DNA of 63,475 nt, counting the filler, from Octopus bimaculoides (Eukaryota), in NCBI RefSeq assembly GCF_001194135.2. It is 8 parts of 7 records of this genome, joined end to end, with 100 filler letters (N's around TTAATTAATTAA, not from the genome) between each part and the next. Parts side by side here need not be neighbours in the genome. Positions count along the whole stretch, not along the records: positions 44,870 to 57,513 come from NC_068990.1; positions 57,614 to 59,497 come from NW_026298767.1; positions 59,598 to 61,120 come from NW_026393939.1; positions 61,221 to 63,475 come from NW_026430426.1; 4 more parts are not named here. One strand, written 5' to 3'. Shown here one piece after another: positions 52,901 to 63,475 of the stretch; the stretch's first letter is position 1; each line of letters opens with the position of its first letter. The translations under genes were made by a program, and so were the position numbers. Below the pieces are notes generated by a model. That model was not told the DNA's origin. It ran no database searches and saw only the letters and a list, made by a program, of their open reading frames with translations.

Positions 52901-54696
52901 NNNNNNNNNNNNNNNNNNNNNNNNNNNNNNNNNNNNNNNNNNNNNNNNNNNNNNNNNNNNNNNNNNNNNNNNNNNNNNNNNNNNNNNNNNNNNNNNNNNN
53001 NNNNNNNNNNNNNNNNNNNNNNNNNNNNNNNNNNNNNNNNNNNNNNNNNNNNNNNNNNNNNNNNNNNNNNNNNNNNNNNNNNNNNNNNNNNNNNNNNNNN
53101 NNNNNNNNNNNNNNNNNNNNNNNNNNNNNNNNNNNNNNNNNNNNNNNNNNNNNNNNNNNNNNNNNNNNNNNNNNNNNNNNNNNNNNNNNNNNNNNNNNNN
53201 NNNNNNNNNNNNNNNNNNNNNNNNNNNNNNNNNNNNNNNNNNNNNNNNNNNNNNNNNNNNNNNNNNNNNNNNNNNNNNNNNNNNNNNNNNNNNNNNNNNN
53301 NNNNNNNNNNNNNNNNNNNNNNNNNNNNNNNNNNNNNNNNNNNNNNNNNNNNNNNNNNNNNNNNNNNNNNNNNNNNNNNNNNNNNNNNNNNNNNNNNNNN
53401 NNNNNNNNNNNNNNNNNNNNNNNNNNNNNNNNNNNNNNNNNNNNNNNNNNNNNNNNNNNNNNNNNNNNNNNNNNNNNNNNNNNNNNNNNNNNNNNNNNNN
53501 NNNNNNNNNNNNNNNNNNNNNNNNTATGTATATATATACGCATATATATATATATACGTATATATCTATATGTATGTATGGTTGTATATGTCGGCTGGTA
53601 TGCTCATATGTATTATGTATCTGAATGTCTAGACTTATGTCTGTAGGCATGCATGTCGGTATGAAAGTATTTAGTTTTTATCTAAACAACAAAAATTCGT
53701 CTCTGGAATATAAGTGACAACGGCGATGATGCCATTTACAAGAGGCTGCATAAATCAGTCGTTCTCATTCCAGAGTAAATTTACAGAGTACGAGCAAGTG
53801 TGTCTATCTGTGCGTTATAACCCAAGGTTTTCCAGGTTTTTCTTTCCTCACTTTGTAACATGTTATATGCCCTTAAGTGAATTTCGTCTTCTTTAATATT
53901 GTGGTTTTGATTATAGGCCACTGTGCCTCTTTAATATTGTGGTTTTGATTATAGGCCACTGTGATTCTTAGATTTCGGGTTCTCATGCTCATTTCTATCC
54001 CCTATTTTGAAGATGGCGCATAATCTTGCCTTATATACCCCATTCCCGTAAAAGAAATTTAGCTAAATGTGTCATGCAAGAACTATCTTCACTATCTTCG
54101 TGGGCAAAGAAAAAGCCCCGTGACTGATACTGTGCAGGCACATTACTTCCCTGCTACCGTGAGTTTATGATTACTTCCGATTAGTTGGCATCGATCTTAA
54201 GCACAAAGTGCTGCCATGCTTTAGTAAATGCCATGCTTTAGTAGAATGTTATGTTGCTGCCATCTTTTAGTAAAATCATTTCTTATTTGATAGTTCAATT
54301 GCTAGTGAAAAGTCAAATAAGCGTTTTCCGAATACAGGTATATATGGTTGTCAAAATTGTTTCACGTAATTTTTCTATCGAAAACTTGCGCCTTCTTCCT
54401 GCAATGTTTGTGGCTGAGATTTCGTTGATGTTTGTTTTAATTTCGATTTGTTGTGTTGCTCTGATCACTCTTTTGGTTCACGGTCCCAGTATAACGAGAA
54501 GACATTGCTGACTTAGTGTTAACTAGAAGAACGATCAAGATTTTAAACACAAAGTGACCTTGTTGTTTCACTCCGTTACAGGATCAGCCTCCAAAATGTT
54601 CGAAAAAGAAAATATCTATCAGTTATTCTTAAAATCATTGAGAACGTTTTAAACATTTCTCAACGATTCTGCAGTGAGAAATAATCGTGGTATCAT

Positions 54697-54779
<83 letters not shown>

Positions 54780-57300
54780 GCAACAGCAGCAACAGCAAAA
54801 GCAGCAGCAACAATAGTATTGGCTTCAAATTTTGGCACAAGGCCAGAACAATAACAATAATAATCGTAGTAATATTAATCCTTTCTACTATAGGCTCAAG
54901 GCCTAAAATCTGGGGAGGGGACTTGTCGACTATATCGACCCCGGTACTTAATTTATCGACGATGAAAAGCAAAATCGACCTCGGTGGAATTTGAACGTAA
55001 AGAAAGACAAAATACTGTTAAGCATTTCACCCACGTGCTAACGTTTCTCCACCTCAAAGGTAATGATGAGAAAAAAAAAAATGCAAGTTCCAACAGGATT
55101 CATCAAAATTCTGCGTTTGTATAATTTTGTTTTGTGAGTAAATCAATACATCTTTCCAAATTGTACCAATGTGTTAAATATTTTTTTCTGATAATTAAAT
55201 TAGCCAATGGACTGGATTACTGAAAAATTAGGATTTAGATATCTCATAGTATGGATAACAATATAATAATTTTTAGTCTTTTAACTGCAAGCTGAGATTA
55301 ATGGCTTCTTATAAACTGTAAACAGTATGCTTAAAAGTTGATTTAAATTTGAAGCATGCATTGTCAAAATTCTGCTGAAAATATTTACATTTGGCATTTC
55401 GATGACATATTTCTGCCCCTTAGACATTCTTGTTTACCATAAAATCCCAACTTAATCGTAAAAATGACAGCGCATTTTTCTATGAAACACTTTTACTCTT
55501 TTACTTGTTTCATTCATGTAACTGTGGCCATACTGGAGCACCGCCGAGAATAGCTCTTTCGTGATGTAACTATTTTAGTTTCGACATACGGTTACAGATC
55601 TAATAGATTAATTAGACATATATAACTCCGAAATACCTTCTCGTTCCAAAAATGGAATATCTGAACTTATGACTCAAACCCTGAATTATAAAGCTAATAG
55701 CAACAAAAACCTCCTCCTCCTCCTCCTCCTCCTCCTCCTCCTCCTCATCATCATCATCATCATCAACATCAACAGTAATAGCAATATTTTGTGAGTGGGT
55801 GAACGCGTGACTTCATCTAAAGAAACCAAGTATATGTAATATAATACATGTGTGTGTGTGTGTGCGTGTATGTATGTATGTAGGAATGTATGATAAAGTA
55901 GAGAGGAAGAGAGAGAGAGAGAGAGAGGGAGGGGAAAAAAGAGAGACATATGGAGAGGATGGATTTAACGAAGTGCTTCTTTCAAAGTCTGGGTCTGGCA
56001 TGTCAGATAAAATATAGTTGACAGCAGCCAGTGAGGTGAGATAGATGCAAAGAGTGGATATAAAAACCGGGTTGCGGTATAATGTCAACAAGTTCAGAAG
56101 AGGAGGGTTGAATTATTTACGGTTGCACTTAAGAGTGAGGATGAGATGACATAGTGCTCATGTTCAACCAGTGTTTATTCAGTGTCTGGTGAGGGAGGGA
56201 TGGGCTATCAGACATCTGGCTTTTTTCAGGGAGTGCGCATGGCGTGCGTGTAAATCTAACGAGTTTGCAGCACTAATGAACATGCAACATTAATACACTC
56301 TTTTCTACTCTAGGCACAAAGCCCGACATTTTTGGAGAGGAGGCTAGTCGATTAGATCGATCCCAGTACACAACTGGTACTTAATTTATCGACCCCCAAA
56401 GGATAAAAGGCAAATTCAACCGCGGCGGAACGTAAAGAGAGACGACATACCGCTAAGCATTTAGCACGGCGTGGTAACGTTTCTGCCAGCTCACCGCCCT
56501 TATATTCTTTTCTACTCTAGGAGCAAGGCCCGAAATGTTTCGTACAAACATCAAATTCGTGATCAATTCCAACAGTTCCTTTTGGAAGCCCTCACCTCGA
56601 ATTTTTATCTCTTTATTTGTGTCTACTCCATTAGCTATCTGAACCCAACGTACATGATGCATAGTTTTCACATATGACGTTTACATGTAATTTTGTTCAC
56701 TGATTTCTAAATTTATATGTATGTTTATTTAGATGTGTGTCTTAAATTATGCTTTGGAATTTGCAGGGATTGCGTAGTTTTGTTCCTTCTTTAATTTCCC
56801 TTATCCTTCGATTTAGCTCGCAATGAGCACTTCTTAATGCAGTTCATATAGTGTGAAGTATACTTAAAAACATATTTTATATGATAATTTACTTTTATAT
56901 ATATATATATAAAATCTGTTTTTAACTTGTTTCAGTCATTGAACTGCGGTCATGCTAGGACACACTTTTGGAGTGTTTAGTTGAGCAAATCGACCTAACT
57001 GAATATTTCTCTCGATTTCATTTACCGAACCATTAAGTTATAGGGAGGTAAACAGAACAACAGAGGTCAAGCAGGGGAAGGTTAAACATAAACGCAAGCA
57101 GACACAGATATGGAACAGATATTCGTTTAGTTTCTGTCTACCAAATCTACTCACAAAGCTTTCGTTGGACCGGTCTACAGTAGAAGATATTTACCAAAGC
57201 TACTGCACAGAGAGACTGGAACCGAGATTACATGGTTGAGAAGCAAGCTTTTTAAGCACTCAGCTATGCATGCACCTTAGTAATGAACACTATATTTGGA

Positions 57301-57342
<42 letters not shown>

Positions 57343-59091
57343 AAATACCTTCTTCGATTATGAATGGCCATAGGATTGCCCCGAAACACAATTCCGGGAA
57401 AGCAGTCGCCCATGCAAGTCAGTTTTTATCTCTCCACGCCACCGATGTTGTCCAAGGGAAGTGAAAAGGCTGATGCTGCTTGGCACCAGTGAGGTCACAA
57501 CTCATTTCTACAGNNNNNNNNNNNNNNNNNNNNNNNNNNNNNNNNNNNNNNNNNNNNTTAATTAATTAANNNNNNNNNNNNNNNNNNNNNNNNNNNNNNN
57601 NNNNNNNNNNNNNATATTTATATTATTTAAACATGAAAATACAGTATATGTGAATTTTTGTGTTTGCTTGAACCTTTGCCTGTGTGCACATATATGACGA
57701 TATTGTATCTCTCTGATTACATATGTGGGTGGGTGTATGTATGTGTCTTAATGCAAGTGTTTTGAACTACTGTCTGTGCCCTATGTGATTTTATTAATTG
57801 AAATTCAAACCGTTATTTTGATCGGTTAAATCCCAATAATGACGTCATAATACCGAAGTCAGAAAAACGTGATATTTTTCCGCATTCATTGCGATACTTT
57901 GGCCATTGCTAACAGTTAACTTCTTGTAGGTTACTATTACAATCCATTGATTTGCGTTAATATATTTGCTAATAATTTGTTTGTTTTAATAGATATAACC
58001 AAATGTCTAACGTTCTACACCGACCGGGCTTCCTTACGCGACTTCGTAAAGGGGCTCGAAACTTTTTCTCCAGATTATTACCCTGCGTANNNNNNNNNNN
58101 NNNNNNNNNNNNNNNNNNNNNNNNNNNNNNNNNNNNNNNNNNNNNNNNNNNNNNNNNNNNNNNNNNNNNNNNNNNNNNNNNNNNNNNNNNNNNNNNNNNN
58201 NNNNNNNNNNNNNNNNNNNNNNNNNNNNNNNNNNNNNNNNNNNNNNNNNNNNNNNNNNNNNNNNNNNNNNNNNNNNNNNNNNNNNNNNNNNNNNNNNNNN
58301 NNNNNNNNNNNNNNNNNNNNNNNNNNNNNNNNNNNNNNNNNNNNNNNNNNNNNNNNNNNNNNNNNNNNNNNNNNNNNNNNNNNNNNNNNNNNNNNNNNNN
58401 NNNNNNNNNNNNNNNNNNNNNNNNNNNNNNNNNNNNNNNNNNNNNNNNNNNNNNNNNNNNNNNNNNNNNNNNNNNNNNNNNNNNNNNNNNNNNNNNNNNN
58501 NNNNNNNNNNNNNNNNNNNNNNNNNNNNNNNNNNNNNNNNNNNNNNNNNNNNNNNNNNNNNNNNNNNNNNNNNNNNNNNNNNNNNNNNNNNNNNNNNNNN
58601 NNNNNNNNNNNNNNNNNNNNNNNNNNNNNNNNNNNNNNNNNNNNNNNNNNNNNNNNNNNNNNNNNNNNNNNNNNNNNNNNNNNNNNNNNNNNNNNNNNNN
58701 NNNNNNNNNNNNNNNNNNNNNNNNNNNNNNNNNNNNNNNNNNNNNNNNNNNNNNNNNNNNNNNNNNNNNNNNNNNNNNNNNNNNNNNNNNNNNNNNNNNN
58801 NNNNNNNNNNNNNNNNNNNNNNNNNNNNNNNNNNNNNNNNNNNNNNNNNNNNNNNNNNNNNNNNNNNNNNNNNNNNNNNNTGTATATATATATATATATA
58901 TGCAGTCACACATGAGGGTAAGGCTGTGTAAGCTTCCATTGTGTCTGTATGTGTGAGTATTTGGATGTGTGATATAACCACATAGGTGGGACTACATTTG
59001 ATAAATATAGCAACAAAACTACTCCTCAAAATACATCGGACTCTCCCCCAGAAACATGTGTTTCTTATAATTATTTTTGTGTTGTTTACAG

Positions 59092-59139
59092 ATTTTACCT
59101 ATCCTGACTTTGACCAATATGAACGTACTTCCTTTGAAG
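59092..59139 (+). CDS. Putative 48-nt exon of an unidentified gene; phase 1-1 reading (D)FTYPDFDQYERTSFE
   Basis: Strong acceptor ttatttttgtgttgtttacag, donor gtaaat, length 3n. The phase-0 frame is also open (ILPILTLTNMNVLPLK), so the frame is not proven. Confidence 0.6.
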
Positions 59140-59283
59140 GTAAATATTAATAATTTACGACCTAATTGATTTCTAGTTGACATTGTAAATTGTGTTATGT
59201 GTCTATTTATCTCTTATACTTTTGTGATTCTTTGCGACAGTCTGTTTTTTTTTTTATTACCTTTTGTCTATTTTCATTGCCAG

Positions 59284-59343
59284 ATTCATCATCCACATAC
59301 ACCGATCCTTGGGCTGACCTGGTTGACGAACCATCATATTTTG
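59284..59343 (+). CDS. Putative 60-nt exon of the same gene; phase 1-1 reading (D)SSSTYTDPWADLVDEPSYF
   Basis: Acceptor ttttcattgccag, donor gtaagt, length 3n, 144-nt intron after the previous exon. Confidence 0.65.
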
Positions 59344-59597
59344 GTAAGTTTCAAATTAATGTAGTTTCTAGTGTTCACTGAATAGAATAACGTGTTACGA
59401 CTGATTCTCATATATGTGCCAATCTACCTACCCACCTACCTACTTTTCCACCTACCTACCTACCGACCAACCTACCTACCTATCCACCTACCTACCTNNN
59501 NNNNNNNNNNNNNNNNNNNNNNNNNNNNNNNNNNNNNNNNNTTAATTAATTAANNNNNNNNNNNNNNNNNNNNNNNNNNNNNNNNNNNNNNNNNNNN

Positions 59598-59628
<31 letters not shown>

Positions 59629-59674
59629 TATGTATGTATATATATATTTATATATGTCTATTTATATATATATA

Positions 59675-60410
59675 CGAGCAGATATACCCGGTGTTGCCTG
59701 GGTTAAAGAGAATAATTAAACTTAAAAACACCGTCTAGATTACGCAGGTCTTAACTGCTAGTAGCTGAGATACCAACTTTCTACATTAATAACTCTCTAA
59801 CCCATGCCAGCATGGAACATAGACGTTAAGTGAAATGTTAAAATCAAGTTTTCAACTCATATATGTATATAAATAAATACACGTAATTCAAAAACACGTT
59901 TTGAGTAACTTATTTCGTAACCAAAAAAAACAGGTACAAATTATAAACAATGAAAGGCCGCTTTTGGTGATTCATTTGACAGAGGTGGTAGAGAGCCAAT
60001 TCGATGATAAATCTGACCTTGGATCTTGACAGTTTGTATGAATCCTGGCTCAGTTAAATCACTTGTGGCTACAAATGATGTCATCTGTTGTGTAGCGTTG
60101 TATTGTCTGATTTTGTTTTGGAAGTGCTTGGAATCTTGATTACTTGATGGCAACAGTCTCTTCAATGGCTCTGGAGGTTAGGAGATTGCAGGGACTTTAA
60201 CCTTTCCACCACTGCAGCACAGTGTAGGCGTTTCTCCAGGCCACATCCATGCTTTACAACGTATGCACTCAGTTGTCATTGCACCTCTGGAACCATTCTG
60301 CAGTTGAGATCCTATTCCTTGTCAGCCGTGCATCACTTTGAGATGCTCTGGTTTTGTAGTGCACAGTTTGTTCGCTTCTTGATATGCTTCTATTTCTGCA
60401 GCTGTTTCTC
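59675..60410 (-). mobile_element. Helitron deletion derivative: Rep N-terminal fragment near a 3' terminus
   Basis: CIRCKAWMWPGETPTLCCSGGKVKVP, then SKHFQNKIRQYNATQQMTSF...KIQGQIYHRIGSLPP (helitron-like N region). Subterminal hairpin cccggtgttgcctggg and a CTCG|T end (degenerate CTAG|T) at 59674-59703. Confidence 0.8.
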
Positions 60411-60419
60411 TCTATCCAG

Positions 60420-60537
60420 GGATGAAAATTTTTGTTGAAATTTTTGATGAAAATTTTTGTTGAAATTTTTCATGAAAATTTTGATGAAAATTTTGATGAA
60501 AATTTTTGTTGAAAATTTTGATCAAAATTTTTGATGA
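60420..60537. repeat. Minisatellite of 12-13 nt units built on the AAAATTTT palindrome
   Basis: gatgaaaatttttgttgaaatttttgatgaaaattttt... repeated about nine times. Confidence 0.85.
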
Positions 60538-60544
60538 ATAAAAG

Positions 60545-61120
60545 AATAAAAAAAGAATTTATCATCGAGGGCCTTAAATTTATGCTCCTTAACAACTTTT
60601 TGAATTTTAATAATAACACCCACAGACAGTTATCAGGGACTGCAATGGGTACTAAAGTTGCCCCTACTTATCCAGACCTGGCGATGGCCTACCTAGAATT
60701 ACAAATCTATGAAGAATCCAAATCTAAATACAGCCTGTCTTTCCACAAATACCTGTTGGAGAATTAGAAATGCTACTTGGATTATTGCTTCATCCTATGG
60801 TCCCACACACTCGACCAACTCATTGATTTCAAAAACTTAATCAACAGTGTCACCAACCATATTCAATTTACAATGGAATATAGTCAAGACCAACTCCTTT
60901 TCTTGACATTCTCATTATAAAAAAGGCACCAGCATTGAAACACATCCACTAGAAACCAACTGATTCCAAACAATACCTTCTGTTCACATCCAATCACCCA
61001 AAGCACACGGAGACAAACATTCCCTTCAACCAAGCGAGAAGAATCTGTACAATTGTCTCAAATTATAGAGCACAAAATAAAAGACTCCAAGAACTAAAGG
61101 CAATTCTTCTCGAAAGACAT
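60545..61120 (+). mobile_element. Penelope-like RT fragment, truncated by the linker
   Basis: GTAMGTKVAPTYPDLAMAYLE, CYLDYCF (like RY.DD.F), FTMEYSQDQLLFLDI, KPTDSKQYLLFTSNHPKH. Confidence 0.9.
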
Positions 61121-61720
61121 NNNNNNNNNNNNNNNNNNNNNNNNNNNNNNNNNNNNNNNNNNNNTTAATTAATTAANNNNNNNNNNNNNNNNNNNNNNNN
61201 NNNNNNNNNNNNNNNNNNNNCTATGGAAATTAAATACGCTTTACACCGCTTAATCAGCCAAAGGAGTATAAGGAGTATATAAACAACTGAATACTTGTCA
61301 GTGATTGGTTGAAATTATCGAAATAAGACAATTTTTTACATGAAATAAATTCGAATACAAAAATATTTTTCTGTTCTATAACACAAAATAGATAAGTATA
61401 CGAAGTTTGAAAGTCTTTCGGTACCAAAAACACTACGTAAAACATTAATGAAAAATGTGGCCCCCGTTTTAAAAAAAGATCCCAAATCCACCCACAAGGC
61501 TGTCAGCCCAAGGCTATCGTAAAAGTCATTTGCCCAAAGTTCCATGCTGTGGGAAAGAACCTGAAGTCATGTGGTTGGGAAGTAGGCTTCATTTCATAGG
61601 GCTACGTATATAAATATATATGTTAGAGGTAATACTTGATAATTGTAAGCACCTGTGTATGTCAGCTCGTGGTGAATGAATAAATTGTAAATGTAAAAAT
61701 AAAAACAAGACACAAAGGAT

Positions 61721-61800
61721 TCTGCGGTACACGTGTTTCAAGCTTTATAGTTGTTACATCAGTGTATAATTGACCGTATAAAGCTATCTTCAGCCGCAAA
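61721..61800 (-). ncRNA. Type I hammerhead ribozyme fold, probably from a Penelope-like element or retrozyme terminal repeat
   Basis: Minus strand reads UUUGCGG-CUGAAGA-U-AGCUUUAUA-(27 nt)-UAUAAAGCU-U-GAAA-CACGUGU-A-CCGCAGA. Both core halves are present, stem I is 7 bp, stem II is 9 bp, stem III is a palindrome, and the cleavage triplet is GUA. Confidence 0.8.
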
Positions 61801-63475
61801 TGTATTCTCTCCCAAGAATTATATCACATAGAAGTTAAAGGAGGAAGAAAGATGAGATATAAGAGGTGAGGTTCCGTTTGGTATTTTGTATTGAAATATA
61901 CCTCGTAGAATTCTTAATTTGATATATTTATACATAATTTCCTCGGTACTCCGGAATCCGCCCATACCTTGCCACAATTCAGTGTGTAGTGAACGCTAAG
62001 TAAACAATACTATTTAATATTAGTTAGAAGGGTAGTGTTAAAGGAGGGAATAAGTTGGTGGTCAAAACAATACNNNNNNNNNNNNNNNNNNNNNNNNNNN
62101 NNNNNNNNNNNNNNNNNNNNNNNNNNNNNNNNNNNNNNNNNNNNNNNNNNNNNNNNNNNNNNNNNNNNNNNNNNNNNNNNNNNNNNNNNNNNNNNNNNNN
62201 NNNNNNNNNNNNNNNNNNNNNNNNNNNNNNNNNNNNNNNNNNNNNNNNNNNNNNNNNNNNNNNNNNNNNNNNNNNNNNNNNNNNNNNNNNNNNNNNNNNN
62301 NNNNNNNNNNNNNNNNNNNNNNNNNNNNNNNNNNNNNNNNNNNNNNNNNNNNNNNNNNNNNNNNNNNNNNNNNNNNNNNNNNNNNNNNNNNNNNNNNNNN
62401 NNNNNNNNNNNNNNNNNNNNNNNNNNNNNNNNNNNNNNNNNNNNNNNNNNNNNNNNNNNNNNNNNNNNNNNNNNNNNNNNNNNNNNNNNNNNNNNNNNNN
62501 NNNNNNNNNNNNNNNNNNNNNNNNNNNNNNNNNNNNNNNNNNNNNNNNNNNNNNNNNNNNNNNNNNNNNNNNNNNNNNNNNNNNNNNNNNNNNNNNNNNN
62601 NNNNNNNNNNNNNNNNNNNNNNNNNNNNNNNNNNNNNNNNNNNNNNNNNNNNNNNNNNNNNNNNNNNNNNNNNNNNNNNNNNNNNNNNNNNNNNNNNNNN
62701 NNNNNNNNNNNNNNNNNNNNNNNNNNNNNNNNNNNNNNNNNNNNNNNNNNNNNNNNNNNNNNNNNNNNNNNNNNNNNNNNNNNNNNNNNNNNNNNNNNNN
62801 NNNNNNNNNNNNNNNNNNNNNNNNNNNNNNNNNNNNNNNNNNNNNNNNNNNNNNNNNNNNNNNNNNNNNNNNNNNNNNNNNNNNNNNNNNNNNNNNNNNN
62901 NNNNNNNNNNNNNNNNNNNNNNNNNNNNNNNNNNNNNNNNNNNNNNNNNNNNNNNNNNNNNNNNNNNNNNNNNNNNNNNNNNNNNNNNNNNNNNNNNNNN
63001 NNNNNNNNNNNNNNNNNNNNNNTATATATATATATATAAATAAAAGAATATACATATACATATAAAAATAAAGTAACAAATGAAGTAGAAAATAAAAGAT
63101 TAAAAAAATAAGATAAAAAATAAAAATGTAAAAATAATCGAATAAAGAAAATAAAAGTAAAAACTATAGAAAAAGTATTGATTAGTGTTATTTCGTTTCA
63201 TTTTTGTGTATTGTAGTGTCATTGGAGAGTTTCAGGTCAGTGACTGAAAGGTGGAACTATATCCATAGGTTTGGGATTATGGATCCGGTTTATTAAAAAT
63301 GTGTGTATATTATGTGGTCATAATCCAGTTATTCGAGGGTAAACAAAATTATTAAGGTACATTTATTTATTTATTTATTTATTTATTGTGTTCCTTTTTC
63401 ATTTCTGTATATCTGTATGTATATATTTACAGTATCGAAATGGTGTACATATACATGTATATGTATACATATACA

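Noticed and set aside
55813-56091. Minus-strand ORF containing DMPDPDFERSTSLNPSSP
   Set aside because: No acceptor/donor pair frames it and no family was recognised.
57930-57990. Possible extra exon after cttcttgtag (GYYYNPLIC)
   Set aside because: No good donor in a compatible phase.
60545-61800. Apparent Penelope RT plus hammerhead forming one element
   Set aside because: They are separated by an artificial linker at 61121-61220 and lie on opposite strands, so adjacency is not evidence of linkage.
10600-63079. Long ORFs of 150-412 aa in the track that are mostly X
   Set aside because: They are read-through of N gaps flanked by TA/CA microsatellites and carry no coding evidence.

Overview
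This is AT-rich, microsatellite-dense eukaryotic DNA. The SINE, LINE and microsatellite repertoire points to an octopus (coleoid cephalopod) genome; this is inferred from repeat recognition, not from a database search. The window is not one locus. Seven identical 100-nt spacers (44 N + TTAATTAATTAA + 44 N) split it into eight blocks that look like concatenated scaffolds. The only confidently identified host gene is a 3' fragment of coatomer subunit beta' (COPB2): four minus-strand exons between 29576 and 34349, with one more exon probably hidden in an N gap. Two small symmetric exons of an unidentified gene lie at 59092-59343 (+). The rest is mostly transposon debris: several tRNA-derived/CORE-type SINE families with shuffled modules, R4/Dong, CR1-like, RTE and Penelope-like retroelement remnants, Tc1/mariner derivatives with intact TIRs and TA target duplications, and a Helitron deletion derivative. 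The most notable non-coding find is a type I hammerhead ribozyme fold on the minus strand at 61721-61800, with a palindromic stem III and an unusually long stem II. A second hammerhead-like motif with a variant core is at 16120-16155. There are also several large foldback structures (6279-6958, 20900-21311, 44017-44140). Nearly all ORFs in the supplied track are microsatellite, N-gap or repeat artefacts. No CRISPR, rRNA or bona fide tRNA genes were seen.
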